A stretch of 25,706 nt of DNA from a virus (Duplodnaviria; Caudoviricetes), in IMG/VR virus record IMGVR_UViG_3300002098_001352, positions 1-25,706 of that record; one strand, 5' to 3'. Below are positions 16,674 through 24,581 of this stretch, piece after piece. Under the pieces are notes generated by a model. The model saw nothing but the letters and a program-made list of their open reading frames with translations. It made no database searches and was not told where the DNA came from. Numbering within the stretch: the stretch's first letter is position 1; the number at the start of each line of letters is the position of its first letter. A program made the position numbers and the translations under genes.

Positions 16674-18008
16674 ATGACCGAAAGAGCACAAAAACTCAAA
16701 GCAATTGTCAAAGGTACTGCACCTCAGGCAACATACGGAACAAATCCGATGGATCCTTGGTCTGCAAAAGCCAATATGGCTGAAGATGCAACATTGAACA
16801 AATATCTTATGTCTAGAGGCATTAATCCAAAATATGCCACAAAGGATCAGAAAGTTGCTCATTCTAAAACAGGCGCCTTCATCACATGGAAAAAATCTAG
16901 AATGTTGGAAGATACTTTAGAAGAAAGAGTTGATAAAAAAGATACTGTTACATTGGACATTCCATTGCTTATTCGTATTATGGAATTGGCTCGTGAAGAT
17001 ATTAAAACAGACATGGACTTACATCGTGTTGTGGAAAAGTTGATTAACATCCGTAATAAAGGTATGTTGACAATGAAAGACTACAACTACATTTCTAAAA
17101 TACATGAAGAAGTTATGTCTCAGGTATCTCAAGAAGTTATTGATGAGGTAACAACTACTGGATATCACAAAGCTGCTGTTAAGAGTAGAATGGATGCTGC
17201 TGTCAAAGTGGCCTCTAGTATGGGTAAAGATAAACAAGCAACTACAAAACTTAATGCTCGTAATGCTGGCCTGAAAAGACTTAGTGATAGAACATCAGCT
17301 GAAATGAAAAAGGCAAACTCTGGTCCTCAGAAACCAATCCCATCAACTCATGATGGAAATGACCGTGGATATGGTAAAGGCCGTTACATGGGAGATTCTG
17401 TTGAACATGATGATGAAGTGATGTCGGAGGCACAATCCGCAGCAGTTCGTTGGCAAAAGGCTTTAGAGGCTGCCAAAAAGAAACGTGAAGAAGAAACAGC
17501 AAGAAATGCAGAGAATGCAAAACGTGCTCTTACACCAAAAACAATGGGTGAAAGTTCTGAAAGAACCAAATCTGCTCGTATAATTAAATCATTATACAAG
17601 AGAAAAGGTGTGGCGGAAGGCAAGGAAGATAAGATTGCCCAACTAAAGAAAGACCATGCTACCGCAGTTCATTGGAGCAAGAATGAAACAAGCCCGCAAA
17701 AGCGTGAGGCTGCTCGTCAAAAGGCTGAGAAGATTAAAGGTCACTTAGAGAAACAATACAAGCAAGGTGTAACAGAAGAACTATATGACCACGAAAAAGA
17801 AGATAAGTCAGTTGCAACATATGGTAAAAAACCAAAAGTTGTAACAAATGACCCAAAAGCCAGTTTTGGTGAGAATAAACCAGAAGCGGCCGCCATTCTG
17901 ACTGGTGGTACTACTTTGACAGGTGAAAAAAGAGATACAATAGAGATTGATCCAATGATGAGAAAGCGTCCAGGATCTGATCCAAAAGGTAAAAACAAAG
18001 AGACATAA
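16674..18008 (+). CDS. Modular charged protein, probable internal head protein
   Basis: K/E/A-rich segments punctuated by MAE, MLE, LEE, IHEE, IDE, MSE, MGE, VAE, VTEE; late-operon context. Confidence 0.7.
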   Translation: MTERAQKLKAIVKGTAPQATYGTNPMDPWSAKANMAEDATLNKYLMSRGINPKYATKDQKVAHSKTGAFITWKKSRMLEDTLEERVDKKDTVTLDIPLLIRIMELAREDIKTDMDLHRVVEKLINIRNKGMLTMKDYNYISKIHEEVMSQVSQEVIDEVTTTGYHKAAVKSRMDAAVKVASSMGKDKQATTKLNARNAGLKRLSDRTSAEMKKANSGPQKPIPSTHDGNDRGYGKGRYMGDSVEHDDEVMSEAQSAAVRWQKALEAAKKKREEETARNAENAKRALTPKTMGESSERTKSARIIKSLYKRKGVAEGKEDKIAQLKKDHATAVHWSKNETSPQKREAARQKAEKIKGHLEKQYKQGVTEELYDHEKEDKSVATYGKKPKVVTNDPKASFGENKPEAAAILTGGTTLTGEKRDTIEIDPMMRKRPGSDPKGKNKET

Positions 18009-18011
18009 ATA
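18004..18011 (+). promoter_or_regulatory. Probable late promoter (CATAAATA)
   Basis: 7/8 match overlapping the upstream stop, 33 nt before ATG 18045, which has a strong SD AAGGAG. Confidence 0.65.
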
Positions 18012-18044
18012 CAACATATAACCCAAGGTTAAAAGGAGAATAAC

Positions 18045-18671
18045 ATGCCATCATGGGGTAATACCGATTCAGTCTACGACAAACCACACTGGCCTAAGGA
18101 AAGACAGGGACGTCCTGTTGTTCGCTTAGCTACAGCAAATCAACAAACATCTGGAAATACATTGTATTTTACCGCAGCTGATGTTACAACCTATGCTATT
18201 GCAAACGGAATGTATGTCAGTTCATCAAATACAAGTCCTGATGTTTCTATTGTTGGTGAAGCTGGTTTCTTAGCAGCCAATAACACTGTAAACAACGTTC
18301 TTGGTGGTTTGGTTCGTTTGGCAAACAATATTATGAGAACAGTTCCAGCTGGTCAACTAATTGAATTTGATTTGCCTATCGCATATCAATCTAGTGAACG
18401 TTCATCTACATACAACCAAGATACAGTTTTAGTTACTACAACTCGTTTAGCTAATGCCGTTTTTGCAAATAGTACTGTTTATTCATCAGCAGCACTAGCA
18501 AACTCTGGTGCTGCAGCTGCACATCCAGGTTGGGTAAACGTTGTAACTGGTACTGGTGGTCGTCAAGGCCGTGTTCAAACAGAAGTATTGGTTGCATTGG
18601 CTAACGCAACAGCCACAATTACTTACTCTGCTAACACAAGTAACGTTGCTACATACTATAACAGTCTATAA
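18045..18671 (+). CDS. Probable virion structural protein (A/N/T/S/V-rich)
   Basis: 'MPSWGNTD' start and 'AHPGWV...GTGGRQGRVQTEVLVA'. It has its own late promoter, a strong SD and a downstream hairpin, consistent with high late expression. Confidence 0.65.
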   Translation: MPSWGNTDSVYDKPHWPKERQGRPVVRLATANQQTSGNTLYFTAADVTTYAIANGMYVSSSNTSPDVSIVGEAGFLAANNTVNNVLGGLVRLANNIMRTVPAGQLIEFDLPIAYQSSERSSTYNQDTVLVTTTRLANAVFANSTVYSSAALANSGAAAAHPGWVNVVTGTGGRQGRVQTEVLVALANATATITYSANTSNVATYYNSL

Positions 18672-18677
18672 AACAGG

Positions 18678-18701
18678 TGGGCACCTAGTGTGCCCATTCT
18701 T
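18678..18701 (+). terminator. Rho-independent terminator-like hairpin
   Basis: TGGGCAC-CTAGT-GTGCCCA followed by TTCTT, directly after the stop at 18671. Confidence 0.75.
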
Positions 18702-18706
18702 ATACT

Positions 18707-19093
18707 ATGTTTGATGATTTGAATGAAGATAATTTTTTAATGTATGCGGCTAAGTGTTATACATCACCACACTGCATTATGTCGGAATTTGAGGGAGATA
18801 TTAAAAGAACAAAATACCTGAAAAGGTTATTTCGTAGATATAAAATCACCAAAACAATCAAAGAAAGACTTATCTTAAATCATATCATCTTATTGAACAA
18901 TGTTTTTGGTACTGAAGCAACAGCAAGAATATTGTTCTATAAGACCGATGAACGAGATTATGATATACTGAAAACCTTTTTATCTTATTTGAACCTTGCA
19001 CCAGATATGGTGTATGGCATACAAGGTAAAAATATATTAGTAACGGATATTCCAATAGATAAAAATGTCGCAGAGATATTAACAAAGATATGA
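18707..19093 (+). CDS. Conserved hypothetical protein of T4-like phages
   Basis: 'NFLMYAAKCY', 'KYLKRLFRRY', 'ERLILNHIILLNNVFG'. Confidence 0.8.
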   Translation: MFDDLNEDNFLMYAAKCYTSPHCIMSEFEGDIKRTKYLKRLFRRYKITKTIKERLILNHIILLNNVFGTEATARILFYKTDERDYDILKTFLSYLNLAPDMVYGIQGKNILVTDIPIDKNVAEILTKI

Positions 19094-19392
19094 AAACATT
19101 CAAACAATACCTAGAAGAAGTTAAAAAACCGACTGGTGACCTGAAAAAGGCTTGTTGGACTGGTTATACTGCTGTCGGTATGAAAATGAAAGGTGGCCGT
19201 AAGGTACCTAATTGCGTACCAGAAGAAGTTGTAAAAGAAGATGGTATGGGTGGCGGTGTTGTAGCCGCTAACAATGTTGGTTCTGGAAACATTGCTGGCT
19301 CTGGTGGCAAAGGTGGTGAACCTGGTGTCAATACCAATAAGAAAAAAGGTCCTGTACTAATACAGATGGCCAAAAGAAAACCACCGATGTAA
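19090..19392 (+). CDS. Small protein with capsid-targeting-like N-terminus and CWxGY...VPNCV module
   Basis: MKTFKQYLEE; 'ACWTGYTAVGMKMKGGRKVPNCVPEE'; Gly-rich tail. Confidence 0.75.
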   Translation: MKTFKQYLEEVKKPTGDLKKACWTGYTAVGMKMKGGRKVPNCVPEEVVKEDGMGGGVVAANNVGSGNIAGSGGKGGEPGVNTNKKKGPVLIQMAKRKPPM

Positions 19393-19398
19393 TTTATC

Positions 19399-19854
19399 AT
19401 GTGGATGTTGCAATGGTTACCTAATTGGATATTCTACGCCGTCTTAATAGCCGGCGTTTTTGGTTTGGTCGTATCATATTTGATAAGATTTCTCAGCTTC
19501 ATTCCTTTTCTATATGTCTATAAAACTCCCATACAAATCGGTTCAATACTTGCAATTGCAATTGGTACATTCATGGCCGGTGCAATACATGATAATGAAA
19601 AGTGGGAAACAAGAGTCAAAGAAATGCAAGATAAAGTTGCTGCAGCTGAAGTGCAATCAAAAGAAGAAAATGTAAAGATTGTCACAAAATTAGTAACGAA
19701 AACACAAGTGATTAAAACCCGTGGTGAGGATATTGTAAAATATATTGACCGTGAAGTTGTTAAATATGATACTAAGTTTGCACCAGGCGGTGAATGTGAA
19801 ATACCAAAAGAATTTATCAAATCAATTAATGATGCAGCGGAGCCTCCAAAATGA
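19399..19854 (+). CDS. Putative inner-membrane spanin (Rz-like)
   Basis: N-terminal hydrophobic segments, coiled coil, C-terminal Cys ('GECEIP'); overlaps a lipoprotein gene. Confidence 0.7.
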   Translation: MWMLQWLPNWIFYAVLIAGVFGLVVSYLIRFLSFIPFLYVYKTPIQIGSILAIAIGTFMAGAIHDNEKWETRVKEMQDKVAAAEVQSKEENVKIVTKLVTKTQVIKTRGEDIVKYIDREVVKYDTKFAPGGECEIPKEFIKSINDAAEPPK

Positions 19855-20105
19855 AATATCTTTTACTTTTATTAATGGTTGGTTGTTCCACCACTGTTCC
19901 AGTTACCGCTAAGTTTCCAGAAGTTCCGGAAAGATTGATGCAAAAATGTCCTCAATTGGAAAAAACAGGTGAAGAAGCAAATCTATCAGACATAACAAAA
20001 ACAATAACAAATAATTACACTACGTATTACGAATGTGTAGTCAAAGATGATGCATGGATTGAATGGTATCAAACACAAAAACACATATTTGAAAGTGTAA
20101 AATGA
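19851..20105 (+). CDS. Putative outer-membrane spanin lipoprotein (Rz1-like)
   Basis: Lipobox 'LMVGC', Pro-rich 'FPEVPERLMQKCPQL', second Cys 'YYECV'. Confidence 0.75.
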   Translation: MKYLLLLLMVGCSTTVPVTAKFPEVPERLMQKCPQLEKTGEEANLSDITKTITNNYTTYYECVVKDDAWIEWYQTQKHIFESVK

Positions 20106-20617
20106 TATTGTCTAAATTCAAAGAACGAGCTGGTTGGTTAATTACATTATTTGCTGCTATGTTGGCTTTGAATTCTATTTTGGATGGTGGAAATTCTTCT
20201 CAAATATTAAGTGATACGATTGAAGCAAATAATGTTTGGGCTTTTTATCAAGCCAAATCAATCAAACAGAATTTGACTGAAATGAGATATGATGATGCTA
20301 TTGCTCGTAAAGATTTCAAGAAAGCAGAAGTATTAAAATCAAAGATAGATAGGTACGAATCTGATCCTGAAAAAGGTGAAGGCAAAAAAGAATTAATGGC
20401 AAAAGCCAGAGCTCTAGAAGATGATAGAGCAAATTGTGAATTAAGAAGTCCTTGGTATACATTTTCTAATGCTTGTTTTCAGATTGCAATTGTTATTATG
20501 GCTGCCGCTATGATAACCTTTGGTCTCAGGATGTATTGGATAAGTATAGGGGTTGGAATTCTTGCGACTATATTATTGTGTCAAGGATTTTGGTTATTTT
20601 TACCGATAACATTATAA
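20102..20617 (+). CDS. DUF4337-like membrane protein
   Basis: N-terminal TM segment, 'WAFYQAKSIKQ', helical middle, two C-terminal hydrophobic segments ('FQIAIVIMAAAMI'). Confidence 0.7.
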   Translation: MILSKFKERAGWLITLFAAMLALNSILDGGNSSQILSDTIEANNVWAFYQAKSIKQNLTEMRYDDAIARKDFKKAEVLKSKIDRYESDPEKGEGKKELMAKARALEDDRANCELRSPWYTFSNACFQIAIVIMAAAMITFGLRMYWISIGVGILATILLCQGFWLFLPITL

Positions 20618-20626
20618 GGACTGAAA

Positions 20627-21250
20627 ATGGAATTAACAAAAGAACAATTAAAACAATTACTTCCAAAAAATCCATACATTGACCATTGGTTTCATGCACT
20701 GTCACAATTGTTGCCAGATTATGAGATTAATACACCTAAAAGAATAGCGGCTTTTATGGCTCAATGTGCTCACGAATCTGGTAGTTTTACGTCACTCAAA
20801 GAGAATCTAAATTACAAACCAGCATCTCTGAGAAAACTATTTGGCAAGTATTTCCCAACAGATGAATTGGCAGAAGAATACTGTTCTAAACCAAATAAAC
20901 AAGAAGCCATTGCAAGTCGCATCTATGCCAACCGCATGGGTAATGGTCCGGAAGAATCTGGAGATGGATATAAGTATTGTGGTCGTGGACTCATTCAATT
21001 GACAGGTAAATCTAACTACGTTGCATTTGCCGATTCGTTGGAAATTACTCCAGAAGAAGCTTCTGAGTACCTTGCAACCTTTGAAGGCGCAGCACAATCA
21101 GCTTGCTGGTTCTGGGAAACAAATAACTTAAATGCTTTGGCGGACAAAGGTGACATTTTAACAATGACCAAACGTATCAATGGTGGTACAATCGGACTTG
21201 AAGATAGAATTAAACATTATGAAGAAGCACTACATATCTTCGGTGGTTAA
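20627..21250 (+). CDS. GH19 (chitinase-class) endolysin
   Basis: 'AAFMAQCAHESG', 'ENLNY', 'GRGLIQLTGKSNY', 'SACWFW', 'TKRINGG'. Confidence 0.93.
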   Translation: MELTKEQLKQLLPKNPYIDHWFHALSQLLPDYEINTPKRIAAFMAQCAHESGSFTSLKENLNYKPASLRKLFGKYFPTDELAEEYCSKPNKQEAIASRIYANRMGNGPEESGDGYKYCGRGLIQLTGKSNYVAFADSLEITPEEASEYLATFEGAAQSACWFWETNNLNALADKGDILTMTKRINGGTIGLEDRIKHYEEALHIFGG

Positions 21251-21252
21251 AA

Positions 21253-21477
21253 ATGAAAAAACTAATAACATTACTTTTTTTGTTATGTTTGGTAAGTTGT
21301 CAAGATAGATTCAGATATCCATGTCAGGATCCAGCAAACTGGAATGATGCTCAGTGTCAAAAACCAGAATGTGAAGCGACAAGAACTTGTCCTGATATGA
21401 TTATTAAAAATGAAAAAAGGATGAGTACACCCGCTGGTACACAAGCACCAGTTGTTAAAAAAGGAGATTGTAAATGA
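21253..21477 (+). CDS. Small Cys-rich lipoprotein
   Basis: Lipobox 'LVSC'; 'DRFRYPCQDPANW...CQKPECEATRTCP'. Confidence 0.75.
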   Translation: MKKLITLLFLLCLVSCQDRFRYPCQDPANWNDAQCQKPECEATRTCPDMIIKNEKRMSTPAGTQAPVVKKGDCK

Positions 21478-21953
21478 TTAGAGAATTGTTTGTGGATTCA
21501 CCACGTTATACAAGTCAAGAATTGATGGATCGTTTGAAATTCATCATTGGTATTTTGCTTGGTTTCACATTGTTTGGTATTGTGTTTGTTGTATTATACA
21601 GTTTAATCTTTGTTACACAACCACTAGATGCAATCAGTCCAATTGACAATAAGTTTTTTGAATTGATTATTCCTATTGCAACATTCTTAACTGGTACATT
21701 ATCTGGCATTATGTTAGCAAGTACTCCAGAAGCACAAGAAAAGGCTTTGCAAGCAGCAAATTCAGGATGGGATAGAAATCCTAGGTCCACAACAACAACA
21801 ATAAATGGACCAATGGGTACTTCTAGTATTTCTACTAACAGTGTTGGAAGTTCAACTCCAAGTAGTATGAGTATGTCACCAGTATCATCACAAGTGGTAG
21901 TAGGCTTTGGTGGTAAACCAGCGCCAGCACCAGCATTTCAACCAGAAATCTAA
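21474..21953 (+). CDS. Two-TM membrane protein with S/T/P-rich tail (holin candidate)
   Basis: Hydrophobic 'FIIGILLGFTLFGIVFVVLYSLIFV' and 'LIIPIATFLTGTLSGIMLA'; lysis-cassette context. Confidence 0.65.
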   Translation: MIRELFVDSPRYTSQELMDRLKFIIGILLGFTLFGIVFVVLYSLIFVTQPLDAISPIDNKFFELIIPIATFLTGTLSGIMLASTPEAQEKALQAANSGWDRNPRSTTTTINGPMGTSSISTNSVGSSTPSSMSMSPVSSQVVVGFGGKPAPAPAFQPEI

Positions 21954-21962
21954 GGAGTTATT

Positions 21963-22184
21963 ATGAAGAACGTATTTTGGTCTTTTTGTTTAGTTTTGGG
22001 TCTTTGGTTTCCAGCATTTAATAATCATGTATTTGCTGCTGAAACAAAAGAAGTTTGCCATGATAAAGTGGATAAAGCCGGTAAACCTGTTATGGATAAG
22101 AAAACAGGAAAACCTGCACAAGACTGTAAAAAAATTAAAATCCACAAAAAATTAGATGGCAATTCTGTTCCCGAAAAGAAATAA
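21963..22184 (+). CDS. Small exported basic protein
   Basis: SD AAGGAG, signal peptide ending 'VFA', two Cys in a Lys-rich mature part. Confidence 0.7.
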   Translation: MKNVFWSFCLVLGLWFPAFNNHVFAAETKEVCHDKVDKAGKPVMDKKTGKPAQDCKKIKIHKKLDGNSVPEKK

Positions 22185-22185
22185 A

Positions 22186-22491
22186 ATGGCAACCACTGTA
22201 GAGAGATTAGGCATTGTTGAGACTAAGGTTGAAAATCTTAATGAAAAGATGGACGAACTTAAAGTCGATGTTAAAGATATGCACGACTGTCTGGATAAGA
22301 CCCGTGATGATATCAAAGGTCAACTCAAAGAAATGTATGATGCATCTTGTGACCAACATGCCGCTTTGTCCAAGGAAATATCTGCCATCAAAACGCAGAG
22401 AGATAAATTGATTTGGACATTTGCCGGTGTCGTTGCGGCCGGCGGTTTCTTTGCAGGCCACGCCGATAAACTATTGGGATTTTTTACCTAA
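22186..22491 (+). CDS. Coiled-coil protein with C-terminal TM segment (XhlA/holin-like)
   Basis: 'ERLGIVETKVENL...' heptads, then 'LIWTFAGVVAAGGFFA'. ATG 22186 lies right after the upstream stop. Confidence 0.7.
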   Translation: MATTVERLGIVETKVENLNEKMDELKVDVKDMHDCLDKTRDDIKGQLKEMYDASCDQHAALSKEISAIKTQRDKLIWTFAGVVAAGGFFAGHADKLLGFFT

Positions 22492-22498
22492 TATCCAC

Positions 22499-22527
22499 TT
22501 GACAAAATATTAAGGTTCTGTTACAAT
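22499..22527 (+). promoter_or_regulatory. Sigma70-type early promoter for the primase-thyX-mazG-nrdA block
   Basis: TTGACA (22499-22504), 17 bp spacer, TACAAT (22522-22527), with an extended TG at 22519-22520. Confidence 0.85.
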
Positions 22528-22555
22528 AACGGAACTTTAATCACATGGTTTCGTT

Positions 22556-23566
22556 ATGTCCGTTTATATTGATAGAACATTTTTGCTGAGGCTTTCTCCA
22601 AAGCTGAACAAATTCACACAAAAGAAGGAAGACCTGTACAACTTCAGGTGCCCGCTTTGTGGCGATTCACAAAAGAACAAATCCAAATCCCGTGGTTACG
22701 TATACCGAAAAAAGAATGACTATTTTTATATGTGTCATAATTGTGGTGTCTCTACCACTTTTTTCAACTTGCTTGACAAAGTTGATCCAAACTTGTCAAA
22801 AGAATATTCATTAGAAAGATATAAGGATTCAGCCAGTGCAAACAACTATGTCAAACCGACCTTTGAAGAATTCAAAACGGAAGCGCCCAAGTTTAAGAAG
22901 TCTTTGGGTATACCGGCGATTAACTCTTTACCAGATGACCATTATGCTAAAGTGTATGTTAAGGCACGGAAGATTCCCGAGAACTTTCATTCGGAACTAT
23001 ACTTTGCAGAAGATTTCAAAGGTTTCGTGGATTCGCTCCAGATTGAAAAAGAAGGACTCAAAGAAGATGATCCAAGACTGGTAATACCATTCTATGATAC
23101 TGATAAGAATCTTATTGCATTTCAAGGCAGAGCACTTGGTCAATCCAAACTAAGATATATAACTGTCAAACTACATGATGACAACAGTAAGGTCTTTGGC
23201 CTTGACCGTATCAATCAGGAGGAGACTATTTACGTAGTGGAAGGTCCTATTGACTCCATGTTCTTGGAGAACGCTGTGGCAACTGCGGATTCAAATCTGT
23301 CATCAATATCTAAGTTGTTTGATAAGAATAAAGTGGTTCTGGTATATGATAATGAACCACGGAACGTAGATATTTGTAAACAGATTGACAAATGTATTGA
23401 GGAGCATTATAATGTAGTGATTTGGCCTGAGTATATTGAAGAAAAAGATATTAATGATATGATACTTACTGGATTCTCACCAGATGAAATCCAAGATATC
23501 ATAAGTAAGAATACCTTTGTGAATCTCAGAGCTAAGATGGAATTTATTAATTGGAAAAAGGTTTAA
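22556..23566 (+). CDS. 61: T4 gp61-like DNA primase
   Basis: Zn ribbon 'CPLCGDS...CHNCG', 'RLVIPF', 'FQGRAL', TOPRIM 'VVEGPIDSMF', 'YDNEPRN', 'KDINDM'. Confidence 0.96.
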   Translation: MSVYIDRTFLLRLSPKLNKFTQKKEDLYNFRCPLCGDSQKNKSKSRGYVYRKKNDYFYMCHNCGVSTTFFNLLDKVDPNLSKEYSLERYKDSASANNYVKPTFEEFKTEAPKFKKSLGIPAINSLPDDHYAKVYVKARKIPENFHSELYFAEDFKGFVDSLQIEKEGLKEDDPRLVIPFYDTDKNLIAFQGRALGQSKLRYITVKLHDDNSKVFGLDRINQEETIYVVEGPIDSMFLENAVATADSNLSSISKLFDKNKVVLVYDNEPRNVDICKQIDKCIEEHYNVVIWPEYIEEKDINDMILTGFSPDEIQDIISKNTFVNLRAKMEFINWKKV

Positions 23567-23568
23567 TT

Positions 23569-24225
23569 ATGAATGTAAAATTGATATCATACACACAGGG
23601 TACAGACGGTAAGAATTTGTTAGAACAGGTTGCTTTTGCAGCCAGAGTATCAAATCCTGCCAATCAAAATAATAACGAAACGTCTGAAAAGTTGGTTCGT
23701 TATCTTATCAAAAACCAACATTGGTCACCACTTGAAATGGTGAGCATTTGTTTAGAGATAGACACCACACGGGATATAGCAAGACAGATTTTAAGGCATC
23801 GTTCCTTTTCCTTTCAGGAATTTAGTCAGCGGTATGCTGATGCGTCCCAGTTAGGATTTGAATTGAAAGAATGTCGTTTACAGGACACAAAGAATCGTCA
23901 GAATAGTATTGTACTGAATATAGAAGATGATGGATTTCTTATCCATGAATGGTTACGTAGACAACAAGATGTACTTGCCTTGGCCAAAGAAAACTATCAA
24001 TGGGCAATTGAGGCTGGTATTGCAAAGGAACAGGCGAGAGCAGTATTACCAGAAGGTATGACAGGTTCACGTTTGTATATGAATGGAACGCTTCGTTCTT
24101 GGGTTCACTATATACAACTCAGGTCAGCGAATGGTACACAGAAAGAACATCAAGATGTAGCATTGGCCTGTGCTGATGCAATTGAACCAATTTTTCCAAT
24201 GATTAAGGAATATGTAAATGTATAA
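23569..24225 (+). CDS. thyX: Flavin-dependent thymidylate synthase
   Basis: 'HWSPLEM', ThyX motif 'RHRSFSFQEFSQRY', 'KEQARAVLP', 'TQKEH'. Confidence 0.96.
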   Translation: MNVKLISYTQGTDGKNLLEQVAFAARVSNPANQNNNETSEKLVRYLIKNQHWSPLEMVSICLEIDTTRDIARQILRHRSFSFQEFSQRYADASQLGFELKECRLQDTKNRQNSIVLNIEDDGFLIHEWLRRQQDVLALAKENYQWAIEAGIAKEQARAVLPEGMTGSRLYMNGTLRSWVHYIQLRSANGTQKEHQDVALACADAIEPIFPMIKEYVNV

Positions 24226-24565
24226 TGATGTAAAAACTTTTATTGAAGCATGTGAACAAAAACCAACCACCGAGAATATTTTTCTTTATAGAGACTTAAT
24301 TGTAGAAGAATTTACAGAATTTATTAACGCATTTAATGCTGAAGATGATGTAGAACAACTTGACGCTTGTATGGATATGATTTGGGTTATTCTAGGTTAC
24401 TGTTATATGAAAGGTTGGGATGTGGATGCTGCATGGAAAGAAGTAGCTTGTTCTAACTTGGCAAAGATTAATTCAGAAACAGGTAAAGTAATTAAAAGAG
24501 AAGATGGTAAAGTGTTGAAGCCAGAAGGCTGGACACCACCACAATTAGAACAATTTACAAAATAA
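24218..24565 (+). CDS. MazG-like all-alpha NTP pyrophosphohydrolase
   Basis: 'LIVEEFTEF', 'EQLDACMD', 'EV..SNLAK', 'REDGKVLKP'. Confidence 0.85.
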   Translation: MYNDVKTFIEACEQKPTTENIFLYRDLIVEEFTEFINAFNAEDDVEQLDACMDMIWVILGYCYMKGWDVDAAWKEVACSNLAKINSETGKVIKREDGKVLKPEGWTPPQLEQFTK

Positions 24566-24581
24566 TAATAAGGTAGAAAAT

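Noticed and set aside
15255-18026. Many hydrophobic minus-strand ORFs opposite the K/E-rich genes
   Set aside because: Expected antisense artefacts of AAA/GAA-rich coding sequence.
22207-22461. 84-aa minus-strand ORF and GC-rich patch near 22420-22465
   Set aside because: The GC patch is explained by Ala/Gly codons of the TM helix in 22186..22491; no minus-strand promoter or SD seen.
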